From the NCBI GenBank assembly GCA_951406725.2, contig OX597822.1, positions 6,076,001 through 6,140,000 on the forward strand: a DNA stretch of 64,000 nucleotides. Direction: 5' to 3'. The notes beneath the pieces are model-generated. The model was not told where the DNA came from. It searched no databases and saw nothing but the letters and a program-made list of their open reading frames with translations. The translations under genes and the position numbers were made by a program. This DNA comes from Octopus vulgaris. Lineage: Eukaryota. Of the stretch, positions 27,587-41,150 are shown piece after piece; positions within the stretch are counted from its first letter, which is position 1, and the number at the start of each line of letters is the position of its first letter.

Positions 27587-27835
27587 GTAATTATAAGGGA
27601 TTCAAATTTTGCCAAAGAGGCAACCATTTGGGGGAGGCGATGAGTCGATTACATCGATCCCAATATTTAACTGGTATATAAATTTATCGACCCCGAAAGG
27701 ATGAAAGGCAAAGTCGACTTCGGCGGAATTCAAACTCAGAACGCATCGACAAACGAAATACCCGTAAGTATTTCGCCCAGCGTGCCAACGATTCTCCCAG
27801 CTCACCGATTTAATAATAACAATAACAATAATAAT

Positions 27836-27897
<62 letters not shown>

Positions 27898-27916
27898 TAA
27901 TAACAATAACAATAAC

Positions 27917-27962
<46 letters not shown>

Positions 27963-29375
27963 GTAATGATAATAATAATAATAATTTCATTTATTTGCCA
28001 CGAGGGCGAAAGATGAGGGGGACAATACAGAGACATAAAGTGTGGGGTTTGCATATAATCATGAAATGATGAATAACAAAAGAGAAAATCCTTTCTACTG
28101 GAAGCACAAGGCCTCAGTTTTGGGGAAAAGGATTAAATCGATTACATCGACCTCAGTACGCAACTGGTACTTAATTTATCGAACCTGAAAGGATGAAAGG
28201 CAAACTCGACCTTGGCAGAATGTAGCGACAGACGAAATACTGCTAAACATTTCGCCCGACATGCGAAAATAAACTTTGGAAACAGCAACGCCACCATAGG
28301 TTACATGCAAACAATGAACGTGTTTTCAAGGGAGATAATCAAAGAATGTAACATTGTGATACTTCATGTAAAGTAAATATAGCAAATGAAAAAATCCTTC
28401 AAGAATCCATAAAAATTCCCGGATCACTACCAAAATTTCATCATATGTTCCTTTTGTCGTTACCAACATTTTCTGTAAGTTTCATTAAATACTATTTACA
28501 ACTTTTTGAGTTATTTTGCACACAGACGGACAGACGGATAAACCAAAGTAGAAGTAAATAAACGATAAAGAGAATCGATATTGTTTTTCTTGTTTTCTTG
28601 TTTCTGATATCCAAACTGTACGACAAACGAATTTCCATTACGGCAACATTGAGACCCTAATTGAGAGTTAGCTTGATAGAACCTATAGTTATGTCCTTGC
28701 CATTATAACCGGTTGCTGCTTTGGAAATCCAGCGATCATTCATTTCACACAAAATGCTTAAACTCTGATTGTATACCATGCAAGATGAATAAGATATATA
28801 ACAATTATAGATGTCCAAGTAATTAGTAGGTTTTTACATTTTCTAACTAAAGTCACTTAGCTTCGATCGATTGCCAAACTAACTATAGATCAACTCTATG
28901 AATGTAAGAAATGCAAGAATAGTTGTAAGGACGGATAAACTAGTTGAAAACGAAATTAGAAATTAAATAGCAAACCTGACATGAATATGAACGGAAAGAT
29001 GTTGTGGTTGCAATGTATGGTGGTGGTGGTGGTGACGATGATGGTAAATGTGGTTGTTGAAGCGACCGTAATGATAACTATTGGTAGGATAAACTTCCGT
29101 CAATTTGTAACGTAGTGCATTCAACAATCCGTCCGACCGATTCACAACGAGGGAATCTCATACAAGTTTGTACGTCTAGCCAGAAATAGCAGTCAAATCC
29201 TTCAACCAACAGACACTATCGTTTTTATTTTAAATAAAGAAAGGCATATTGGATAATATAAGCCTAATCGTACTCTTTGGACATCCGTACACCCTCTAAA
29301 TTATTGGCCCATTTTTCTCACTAAATCAACACATTAACACAACTACCTACCATTCTGTCTGTTTGACTTTCTGTT

Positions 29376-29440
<65 letters not shown>

Positions 29441-29663
29441 GCTTCTTTCGTGTTAGTACAGCAAATTCTAGCATTCTGTTTCGGCTAGCTAATTGAACCC
29501 CTTCTGCAACCAGAAATATCCGTTTCCCCACCTTCGATACGCTTACTAAATTTCACCTCCAACAAGTCGCATCGAATACTCCATCCAATCCTTCTTCCCC
29601 AGAGACGCACCCCTCCAGAATGTTCTCGTCTTTGATGCTTTTCCACTAAACGTGTACAAACAC

Positions 29664-29881
29664 ATTATTTGCATTGGACGGATGTTTGTCCTCATCTTGT
29701 TTGTTGTTACCACAAAGTTTTGGGATGATTTACTCCCCAGCCTTCATCAGGTGTCCTGGTAGAATTTGACCACAGCAAGCTACTAACCCCAACATTGCGA
29801 ATTCAATTCCAGACAGTGCCATCAATAAATAAATAACTAACTAAATAAATAAATAACAATAACAACAACAACAATAATAAA

Positions 29882-29978
<97 letters not shown>

Positions 29979-30162
29979 TCAGCAAAAAATACCTTAGGAA
30001 TGAGAACCCAGGGTTGGGTTCAAATTCTACCAGGACATCTGATAAAGACTGGAGAGTAAATCAGCCGAAACGTTGTGGTAACAACAAACAAGATGAGGAC
30101 AAATATCCGTCAAATGTAAATAATTTAAATAATGTACAAAATTCCTCATCTCTAAAATATAG
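29664..30162. mobile_element. Non-coding Penelope-type insertion: inverted pseudo-LTR pair with hammerhead motifs and a TSD
   Basis: 29664-29771 is approximately the reverse complement of 30018-30124. Motif GACAC-CTGATGA-AGGCTG..CAGCC-GAAACGTT-GTG (composite of both arms). Flanking 15-bp direct repeat AAC(G/A)TGTACAAACAC at 29649-29663 and 30163-30177. Confidence 0.75.
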
Positions 30163-31024
30163 AACATGTACAAACACGTTCAGACTAAATATCATCGGTT
30201 TTAAATAACAATCTTCTTGTGATGCCGGCAAATGTCTTAGTCACTACTTTTTCGACCTTTTATAACTGATGTAAGAACTTATTGAAGTCCTGGTTATACT
30301 TTGATTTCAAATTATTCTCACTCTTACCATGACTTCAAAGCGTCGAACAGGCAGAATCCTTAGCACGTCGGGCAAAATAATTAGTGGCATTTCGTCCGTC
30401 TTCAAGTTCTGAGTTCAAATTCCACCGAGGTCGACTTTACCTTTCATCCTTTGGGGGTCAATAAGTTGAGCTCTGAGGTCTACGTTATCGTTTTACCCCA
30501 GCTGCGAACTTGCTGGGCTTGTGCCTAAATTTGCAACAAACATCACTATAACCTGCATATTTCTTCTTAATACATTCAGGTAAGTTTGCACGTGATTATA
30601 TTAATCGCTGTTGCGATTCATTACAGCATAACAGCTTCTCCGTTCTGATGAATATGTGCTCATAACACACATGATTTTTAGTTAAAAGGTATTCCGTGAC
30701 AACCGGTGTTTTGACATCATTGTGTCCCGTCAGTTAGACCCATCACGGACTAATGAATCTAACAAGAGGCGTTATTCATGTTTATTACTTCAGCCAATAA
30801 TTCTGTTTACTGATTCGTGCTGAATACATATACGTAGCGAAGAAGGTGTTCTCCCGTGGCGAAATAACAACGATTAGTATATACATGTTCGAATCTGCTG
30901 GAACATATTAAAAATAAATAAGTCATTGTTTTGATTTTTGCTGTTCACTGTGCATATGGCAACTTATTCCCAATGTTGCTTTATCCCATTTTTCTTCTCT
31001 TAGCGTTTATTATTCTTTTTGCAG

Positions 31025-31221
31025 GGGCTGCTCAACGCTTTATTGATGCCATGCGGATATCGCTTCATTCAAGGGATCACTCAATTGGACACTGGAATAC
31101 TATCACTGTTAGCCGGGTTTCGAAGAACTCGGGTTCCATCATAAAGGAGCTACTGATTATGATGCATAATTTGAACCCTGAACTAAAAAATCTGGATCAG
31201 ATAACGCTTCAAATGCTCTAG
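31025..31221 (+). pseudogene. Probable Penelope GIY-YIG C-terminal remnant
   Basis: DAMRISLHSRDHSIGHWNT..IIKELLIMMHNLNPEL resembles SAI..H..H.I.W..IKESL.I..P.LN. Confidence 0.4.
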
Positions 31222-31583
31222 CAATTCCACCAGTCCACCCTGCTGGACTTTGGCGGGATATGAACTCAAAGTTGACTTTGGCGGGATATGAACACAGAGC
31301 ACAGAGAACCGAAACAAATACACCGCAAAGTAATTGTATTCTACGCTCTAATGACTGACATTTCGTCGCCTTTATCATATTTATTAAATTATTGATTTTG
31401 ATACGAATACACTCGTATCCTTATGGTTGACGCTTAGGCAATGTGCTTCAGGCTATTCTGTTTTCATTGTAGTCTGATAAAGATGAATGGTCAGAGACAG
31501 GATATACAAATATGTTGAGATGTTCTCTGAAAACCCCAACAAGTTTCGTTGCTGACTTTCTAATTCTTTGTGCTAATATATTA

Positions 31584-32903
31584 TTAGGTCGTCAAGTATG
31601 ACATTTGTAGAAAAGAAAAAAATTGCTAATGTTTTATCAATACAAGTCCTTGTATTGATAAAACATTAGCAATGGATAAGCTACCGCGAAATGGCAAAAG
31701 TGTATTGACAATATGACTGCATACTTTTATTCATCAAAGCATGCAGCCATATTGTCAATACACTTTTGTCATTTCGCGGTAGCTTATCCATCACGGAACT
31801 GTAAAAGCCTGGCAATCTAGAGTCACTAAAATCTTGGAAGGCTTGTTTTACAGCATCGTCGGAATTAATATTTTTTCCTGTCAAAAAGTTATCCAAATTC
31901 TGGAAGAAGTGGTAGCCAGTGGGGGCAAGATCCGGTGTGTATGGTGGATGATGGAGAACTTCCAATTCTTGTAGTTTCGCCAATGTAATTTTGCGATGTG
32001 TGATCTGGCGTTGTCTTGCAATAAAATAGGAGTGGATCTATTGACTAACCTAAGCTGTTTTTTTTGTAAGTTTTTGCATCATTTGGTCCAGTTGACTGCA
32101 GTATACTTCGGCCGTGATTGATGAGCCAGGTTTAATGAAATCATAATGGATCACAACTGTACTAGAACACCAAACACACACCAGAAGCTTATTTTGATAA
32201 ATTTTGCTTTTTGGACGGTGTTTTGGTGGCTCGTCTTTGTCCAACCATTATGTTGAACGTTTACGGGTGTTGTATTGGATCCATTTCTCATCACCCATTA
32301 CAATTCGATTCAAGAATGATTCATTTTTGTGACGAGGAAATAGCATAATACAGGCTTCCAAACATTGCTGTTTCTGATTTTCATTGAGTTCATGTGGAAC
32401 TCACTTATCCAACTTTTTCATTTTATCGATTAGAAATAGGTGAGTCAGTATTGTTTGCTTGCTAACACCAAACAACACGGGCACTTTGAGATAGATCGGA
32501 CTCGACGGTGGCTTTCATTTCGTCATTATCCACCTTTGTTTCTGGTCGACCACGTTGATTATTTGTGAGGTCAAAGTTATCAGAACGAAAGTTTGCAAAC
32601 CAATTTGATAATGTCTGCAGTGTAATAATATTAGAATGAAATACTCCATTAATATACTGAGCTGTATGTGATGCTGTATCTCCAAGAAGGAACTCATATT
32701 TCAAAACTGTACGAATTTCCGACTTATCCGTCTATAAACAAAAATAGCAAAAAACGATTTATAAATACTTTATAAAGTGCAAAATGAGTTATAATAAAGA
32801 AATAGATGTGTCAGCTTTCTAACAAACAATAATGATTGTCAAACTGAGCAGCCGTCAAAACTTAACTCATACCCTATTACAAACTTCATACTTGACGACC
32901 TAA
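31584..32903 (-). mobile_element. Full-length (1320 bp) degenerate mariner (D,D34D type, Hsmar1/SETMAR-like)
   Basis: 26-bp TIR TTAGGTCGTCAAGTATGA(CA/AG)TTTGTA with TA / TG flanks. Transposase ~32731-31745: (ACG)DKSEIRTVLKYEF..GRP..WVPHEL-like..IVMGDEKWI..LLQDNARSH..HPPYTPDLAPTGYHFF. Start codon and third Asp mutated; frameshifted. Confidence 0.95.
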
Positions 32904-33857
32904 TGGTTTCAAATTATGGCAGAAGGCTAGCAATTTTAGAGGAGTGGGTAATGCGTTTGCATCGATCCAGGGGGTCAAATGGTATTTATTTTATCGACCC
33001 CAAAAGGGTGAAAGGCAACAATGACCTCGTCGGAATTTGAACTCAAAGCCTAAAGATGGACAAAATGCCACTAAGCATTTTGGCCGACGTGCTAACGATT
33101 CTGCCAGCTCGCCGCCTCTCTGAGTTATATATATTAAACAGCCAGAGGAATCTCAGTAAATGCTATTGTCACATGGTTATTTTTGCTGTTTCTGATGGTG
33201 GTAAACGTGGTGGCGGTGCCATTGTTGTTGTAGTTATTGGTGGTGGTGCTGGTAGTGTTGTTAGTAGTCAACCCTGATCAGTTCTGAGCCAAGAACTTCT
33301 AGGATCTAAACCATTCCAACTTAATCGCACCGTTTTTAATTTTAGACATAATATCTCTAGGTCTACATATCCAACGTTTACCCCTTTTCTAAGACAGTAA
33401 AATATAAATGGGAAACTAGACTGATATTCCAAGCATCTCCGACAATTCTTTTACAATCTTTTCCCATTATTTCGACTATCAAAACGTTATCATTGTTGTC
33501 AAGTCTGAACTCAGATCTATCTTTGTCAGCGATTGCAGCATCCAATGCATCTTTTAATACTCTATAACAATAGATGGTTTGAGGCAAACTTGGTTACTAT
33601 TTGCTGTAAATTAAGCTACTATTTAGAAACTCCATTATATGATCACTATTTGAAATCTGGAGTATTTTCTAATTCTTTGATTAATCCCTGGGGTTTTTAG
33701 AATAAAGATCCCCCAGGAGTAGGCAAACATAGGCTCTCTCCTTTTGCGTTCTTGGAAATTCTAAACTGAGTGCCTAGAGTTGTATTCAACAGTTCAGACC
33801 TTTAACTGATCTCAGTCTTCCGACCCTTTGATTAAAGATATTTCTATATTGCGATGA

Positions 33858-33889
<32 letters not shown>

Positions 33890-33916
33890 GTGGGCATGTG
33901 AGTGGGTGGGTGTATG

Positions 33917-33965
<49 letters not shown>

Positions 33966-33968
<3 letters not shown>

Positions 33969-34071
33969 TGTTTTCGCTCAATAAACACTCACAACGCCCG
34001 GTCTGGGAATCGAAACCGCGATCCTGCGACCGCGAGTCCGCTGCCCTAACCACTAGGTCATTGCGCTTCCA
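33966..34071 (-). mobile_element. tRNA-like SINE head
   Basis: Reverse complement GCGCAATGACCTAGTGGTTAGGGC..GGTTTCGATTCCC (A/B boxes), continuing into non-tRNA sequence. Confidence 0.65.
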
Positions 34072-34940
34072 CATGTATGTATCGATTAAATAAGTACCAG
34101 TACGCACTATATAATCGGCTTAATCCGTTTGTCTGTCCTTGTTTGTCCCCCAACCCCTTGTGGGTAAATAAATATATATACACACACACCTATACAAATA
34201 TATATATATTTGTATAGGTATGTGTGTATCGATTGGTATTTTCGAACAGGCTCTGTAAATTGTGTTTATCATCGTCGAACGGTCTAAATTATCGATCGCA
34301 GCAACGCGAGTTACAGATGAAGTAAAAAAAATATCAACCTCATACTGGATGTTTTCCTCTCCTATTCAAAGTATTCTTCATACTATGTAATAGCTCTGCT
34401 ACAATTGCTTGAAGACTACCGGGTGATGTAAAAGATGGAGTTTAACTTGGATGCTATCAAGAGCCGCAATCTATTTAATAATTTTATCGCTCAGCTAGCT
34501 CATCCATGTTAAGGGATATTACTATAAGTAAATGCCTCACGCTGTAATGGGACTCTGAAGTCAAAACTGCTTCAATAAATATACACGGCGCCGAAAGCGA
34601 AGGAATGCAACATGGAAAGTTACCATTTAGAAACAGATTTAGTTGCGTTCTATTAATGATTTCATGGTCAGCGTGTATGATACGCCCTTCAATCTTCAGT
34701 ACGATATAAACAGAACATATAAATATGAATATTTATACATGCCAAGAAACAGCAAACGTATCCATATAGCATATACAACTGTTCACACTTATATAGCCAT
34801 ATAAAAGGCGGGCTTCTCAAGCTACATCTCAGTTGCACGTGTATAGTCAGAATAATTCAGCACTAAATTTAAGGAATTTATCAAGTGGCCAGCGTGAAAA
34901 CCAGTTCAGGAAAAAATTAACAGAAAGTATAAAATTTCTC

Positions 34941-34979
<39 letters not shown>

Positions 34980-35025
34980 TATGTATGTGCATATCGCATA
35001 TCTATATGTACACACACACATATAG

Positions 35026-35348
35026 TAAAGGTAAAGGCCCCCTTTGGTCATGAAGGGACTGCACGTAGAATGTTCCCCTCCGAGGCACAAGCTCAGGCAA
35101 GGTTTTTATGGAAGATCAGCAGTCACCCATGCATACCAGCCTCTCCTCTCCACATTACCTGTTATCCGAGGGAAAAGCAAAGGTTGATACAGTTTGTCAC
35201 CAGAGAATTCGAACTCACTTCTACAGCTGAGTGAACTGGAGCAATGTAAAATAAAGAGTCTTGCTCAAGAACATGACACACAAGCCAGTCTAGGAATCGA
35301 AATCACTACCTCATGGTTGTGAGCCCGACACTTTAACCACTGAGCCAT
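35026..35348 (-). mobile_element. tRNA-derived SINE with CCTTTA-repeat tail
   Basis: Reverse complement TGGCTCAGTGGTTAAAG..TTCGATTCC, TTGAGCAAGA..GCTCCAGTTCACTCAGCTG, tail CCTTTACCTTTAC. Confidence 0.7.
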
Positions 35349-36698
35349 TATATATATGTATATCAATATCTATCTATCTATTTCTCTCTCTCTCAATGTA
35401 TTTGTAGAATAGAAATAATCTGGTGCTGAAGTCAAAATTGACGCAGAGATTAGAATGTAAAACGATATCTTTATATCCCACTGCAAGGATGGGATTTAAT
35501 CATACACTTGGACAAGGTATTTAGGTCGAAATATATTTGGGATTACGATTAGTAATTAAAAAGTAAAAACAACAGGACTCCTTGAAAAACTACACCACAT
35601 GCCTCAGTGTTCGAACTAATGGAATATGATTATGTCTTTAATAACTCCTGTTCAAAGCCAGCTTTCGGAATTACATCATGTTTTTGAATATATTTGCAAG
35701 GTCGTCTGGGTAATGCCATTCTTATGAAAATTAAGCTTCCGTAGTCGGGAAGATGTGAGGGCGCATGGGCTAGTGGTTATGATGATGCATTCACGATCAC
35801 GAAATTGTGGTTTCAATTCCTAGACCGGGTGATGCGTTGTGTTTTGAGCAAAACACTTCATCTCACGTTCCTTTGCGATCACGTCGACACCTGACCTGTT
35901 GTCAACTGTTCACCTGTTCAGGTGATGTCGATTTGATGGCGGAAGTGAGGTAATGCCCAGCACAAACGTTTGAGCACTAAAACAAACAATTTGTGCTGGT
36001 TGTCCACCAAGAAATTGCAGAACCGTATTTCTCGGATTACGTGAGACTTCCATCATCACTCGGGTAGATTTATATCGTAGCTGTTTTTTTTTTGTGTCTT
36101 TTTACTTTAGATGACTGTATGGGTAACATACGGTTACCAGCGCAGAACACACGACCACACTGATGCTGGTAAAAAAAGACTTTTTATATTCTTTTATACA
36201 TCAGAATTAAGTAAGACAGATCAACACAAAACACACAACAAAAATTGCCATTCGAGATTTATTAGTCTTTATGAAATTTTTTGTTCGTTGTGAAAGAAAT
36301 AGAGAACATAATGATAATTATGTGTCAAAGTATTACTTAGTACCATAATAAATATAGTTCAACTTGATTGCTATGATTTATATGTTAATAACATTTTTGT
36401 TCAACCTATCCACCTTAATACTTCTTAACGATACGTACCCAGCTAATAAAATATTATTATTGCCTTTCTTTAATGTTAATACGAACAAAAATATGTTTTC
36501 AAAAATGGCAATATTTTTGGTGGAATCAAGAACACTACGTCTGTACACATTTATCACATATTTTGTTGACCCCAAAGAATGAAAAGTAAGATTTAAACTC
36601 AGCATATAAACAGGACCGACCCTGGTTTTACTAATTTCCTTATAATGTCTTTGTACACACAGCTAGTGACTTGCTTAGGCTTAAGGGTCCGGGTAATT

Positions 36699-36737
36699 CT
36701 GGCTGACGAGAGATAACATGTCGAAACTCTGGTGACC
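36699..36737 (+). ncRNA. Degenerate hammerhead-like motif
   Basis: CTGACGA-GAGATAACATGTC-GAAAC-TCTG-GTG. The cleavage triplet is non-canonical. Confidence 0.35.
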
Positions 36738-37639
36738 CCCAAACCCCTTACACCAATAAGCCGAGTGCGTAATGAAGTTACTGTCGACGTATATTTAGAG
36801 TTTGAATATCCCGGAACGTATTATGAATATGTATGCAAATCATCGTTAAGCACATACACATTAACGCACGCGTACACATACATTTATATGTAACCATACA
36901 CATCCATACACACACGCACACACACACATATTAATATATATTGATTTATTATTGTTGATAAAAGGATTTTACGAGAATATGAATTATTGAAACCAGAGTG
37001 CAACTGAAGGATTCAAAATATTGGTAATTTGTTTTCTGTTATTCTTTCTACTTTATTAATTTCTGTTTCTACATCATAGTCAGAGTCCAAACGTATGCAA
37101 TATTATACTTAATTAAGGGTGCAATATCCGAGCATAGGAGTATAATATGGCATAAATGTAGAGCCCTGATTCTCCTGGTAATGTGTGGTGCACTTAAAGG
37201 ACATCATAAATTTAATACACACAAACATACACATATACTCATGTATATACGTAGGTATAGGAATAAGGTGTTCATATATTTTAATTTTTTCCTTTATTCC
37301 CAAGATCCCAGACACAACTTGTAGCGCCTTTCGAAATGATGCATAGAGCTGTCCAAGTTGACGGTTCTTTCAACTGCTTCTGAATGTAAAAAAACAAAAT
37401 AACAGAATCGTTAGAATGTCGCCGAGAATGTCTTGCGCTGTTTGTTCTGTGGCTCTGGGTTCTTAGTTCAAATCAATTCTAAGGCAATTTATCACTTTTT
37501 TTCTTTCAAGTGCGACAAAAATGTATCGATCCAGGGTGGTGGATTGACGGAAATGTAAGATTGTCAGATTAAATGCCCAACGGCAATTGTCTCGGCTGTT
37601 TGCACCCTGTGTTCGAATACTCCGTGATATACGTGAGCA

Positions 37640-38760
37640 ATAGACTGAATCCGTCTCACAATTTAACGCTATTTCCAGGCACCTTGAATGTATTTAGTTC
37701 TCTGTTGTATTCTGTTGAGGGCATTTAGGTCAAGGGTGTGGTTTAAGGATGCCTTCCTCTCTTCCACCCATCAGCCATCCCTCTTGATTAAACATTTTTA
37801 AAAAATACATATATGATTATCTCTTTGTATTCGCTTACTCTTGAACATACCTGACAATTCCTTTCGGTTCCCCAATCAACACATGCTGGTGTTTTTTAGT
37901 TTCATGTAATATCAGTTTTTTTTTTACTTCTTTCATCTTAAAATTTAAGGACATTATATATGAAGAAAATTAGTGAAGGCCGTGAATTGGAGTTTTTCCA
38001 GTCTCAAATAGAATGCTTTTTAGCGTTGGGGTTGGTATTCTCTGCACTCTAGGTCCAAATGTCATAGTGACCATCCTTGCATTTCATCATTTTGGCTTCG
38101 ATATTGTTCCATTCCTGTTGTTTGGAGGAACTGTTTGAACACACGATGATATGCTTTGTGATGTCCCTTCCGGCACTTTGCATTCTGAGTTCAAATTCTG
38201 CAACGGTACAAATGACCATGCTTAATCACCAACCACATAAGGACCTCACCCAACCCACAATTGTTCAGCATGTAAGCTTACAACCAGTGTAGATAAAGTC
38301 GCGGCGGCTTACGAAATATTTCCTTTAGAAGTAGATGTCAAAGGATGAATGGATTCATAGTGAGATCCATCTCCTATGAAATTAGGAATATTTGAAGGAA
38401 TTTAGTCTTATGATGGGACCGACTTGAGTAATAAAATGGGTTTGGTATAATTTATTCCTCCCGCGCTTAGTATAGTCAAGTATTTACCCAAATCTATTTT
38501 ATTCAGCTCGAATATTAACCTCGAATATTAATAGTGAATATGCAATTATCTTTAGTAACTCACCATTATGATGTAATGAGATAGGGATTGATTTTCTTTT
38601 ACTACTTCACAAAACCGATCCTTCCTGGTGTTAGTGAGTTCTACAGAGCAGTGGCTGTTTTATAGTTTGGCAAGGAGGAAACCGTAGGAGTCATGACATT
38701 TTAATGTCGTCCCCACAGATTGTCATGATCGATGTTAAGTTTGAATGTTTATTAATCGAT
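37640..38760 (-). pseudogene. Highly degenerate CR1/L2-type LINE RT 3' region
   Basis: Reverse-complement fragments ICGDDIKM (YADD-like), DLG..LD, DLE.VQR..RLEKLQFTA. Confidence 0.5.
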
Positions 38761-39189
38761 GTCTACTTTCAAAACGTAAACAAGAAGGGAATTCCAGGGA
38801 AGGAAGGTAAAAATTCTGGGAGTTGGGAGTATGGGTTTGATTTAAGGCTTAGCGCGGGGCTGAAGAAGCAAAATATAGCACCGATGGAAAGGGAAGGAGG
38901 ACTTTTGAGAAATGGTAGTCGGGTTTTTATAAAAGATATAGTAACATGCTTGAGAAATATTCTCACTTAACATTGCCCAAATTATGTAAATAGCTGAGAA
39001 TGATGAGGTTTTGAACACTAGGTTTATTTTACAAAGAAGTATAAATTATAACAATGTGAAAGGAAAGTTATTATCCTTCCAAAGCTAAAATTAACTGTAA
39101 TTCTGCAACTGACTTTGTTTGCCGGAAGTTCACTCACAAATCGTCAAAAAGTTTCTAAATATACTATTTCACGTACTTTCCGAAAGCGC

Positions 39190-40530
39190 TTTTGGATAAA
39201 GAAATGTACATTGATTGTACGCTGGTAGTTAAAGTAATGTACAATATCCATTAAAGAAGAAGCAAGCACATATTTCCCATATGAGTAAGACCACAGAGCA
39301 AATAATCAAAGAACTGATTAATATTTCTAGTGGGAAATACCTTGCTATGTACAATGTTGTAGGCAAAGTACCCTTAAAGAAGTCAGCAATTGAAAGTGGA
39401 GTGACGTGAGCAAGTATATTGAGTTCATTACTGTTTATAATAGCTTTATCACACATAGGGCCATTTATTAGAACAGTCGCATTTACAATAGATATGCCGT
39501 TGATACCAAAATATATCAAAAGCAATCGATGGTTTAAAACCGACAAGATCAATAGCAGTGCTTAATTTCATTCAATAAGCTTATGTCAAACGAATTCACA
39601 TTATATTGGCTTCAAAGTCGAAATGATTTTTCTGATTTGTGCATATTCAATAAATGCTGGCAGGAAGTGAACGTCAGAAGTTCGGGAAAAACGTATTTAT
39701 ACGAAAAAAAAACCCAGTAGAAATACAAAAAGATGAGAGGCGGAAATGCGAAACATGGAACGTCATTATAATTATTAGTTCAATCAAGATTCATGATGCT
39801 CGTAAAAATCTATGTAAAGATCTCGACGATGGACAACACATGTATTCCAATATTTGAATGCTTCAAGTACTTTTCTGCCAACCTCCTAACATATTGCAAA
39901 ACTGGATAGGCGACGTCCATAGTGATTGGAATCCCAGCGTAACAGTGTGTATAGGAAGAAAAGAACTACAATGGTTTTTGTTGTAGTGCAATGTTTCTTA
40001 ATGTTGCAATGTGCTTTGATTTTAATAATATATTCTTTGTATGCCAATATTACTATAAACGGGCAGCAAAGGGCAGAAAATGGCAATATTGATTCCGAAA
40101 ACATGTAGAGCTTGAAAACAAAAGTAATATTAGATTTGTGGAAGCCGTTGCTATTAGTTGTTTAAATTATTACTTCCTGTTAAGCTCTTTTTGCAGTGGC
40201 AAACACTTTACTTTATCAATTCTGTGTTTTAACAAGAAAATATTACGCCTAACTGAGTAGTTAATCAATCAGAAATGGTTGAAATATTTAAAAATTTATT
40301 TGTAGAGTGAAGAAGTGGGGGTGATTTGTAATTAATATCCTAAAGGTCTGGGTATGACTAGCATCAGATTTTGGTATTGAAAACTACCCGAATCTACAAA
40401 ATGTACGCCTCTGTATGGCTCTAAAAGGTCCCAACTTTCCTTTTCCAGCTTCGAACTCGTTACTGTAACAGCTTGAAGTTCCAAAGAATAGAACACTTCC
40501 ATATCCTCTTGTGAAACAAATGACCAAGAT
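39190..40530 (+). pseudogene. Degenerate CR1-type LINE ORF2 (RT to C-terminus)
   Basis: IESGVT*ASILSSLLFIIAL..YAVDTKI (cf. SGVPQGSVLGPLLF..YADDTKI); later LASDFGIENY and RTRYCNSLKF. Confidence 0.7.
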
Positions 40531-41067
40531 TCAGTAGTGGTTTGTATAGATTACAAAATACTTGGTTATTATGTATAAGACACCGTTTGAAACAACATTT
40601 AAAGTAAAATAACTGTCATAGCGAACGAGTATTCTTTGGGTACATGTACCATGCTTTCGCTAATTATTTCAGGTGCTTATGTAGTCACGAATAGACATGG
40701 AAATGCTCCCGAAACTTCCTGGATGTGGCAGATGGAAGGCGAGAGAAAGCTGGTCCAGTACTAGACTGATACTCATTTGCAGCTGTGCAAATTGGATCAA
40801 CGTGTAATGAATTGTTTACTGAAGGCTGCCAAGGTGCGTTCGGTCCAGGAACTGAACCGAAGACAATATGGTCAAAAGCCAAACGCCCTAAGCTTTAAAC
40901 AATGCACCAGCAGTGATGAAAATATTACCAGTAGCAACACACATTTACTCACACTTCTATAGCCAAGCGCAAAGTGAAGGATGTAGCATTAAGGACGTAG
41001 CATGATATGACCACATTAAATGGATAATTAAATACACGCACACATACACACACACGCACGCCCACAT

Positions 41068-41150
<83 letters not shown>

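Noticed and set aside
33966-34071. tRNA gene
   Set aside because: It has A/B boxes but no closing acceptor stem or terminator, and it continues into SINE body sequence.
39229-39552. 107-aa hydrophobic minus-strand ORF
   Set aside because: It is the antisense shadow of the CR1 RT remnant on the + strand.
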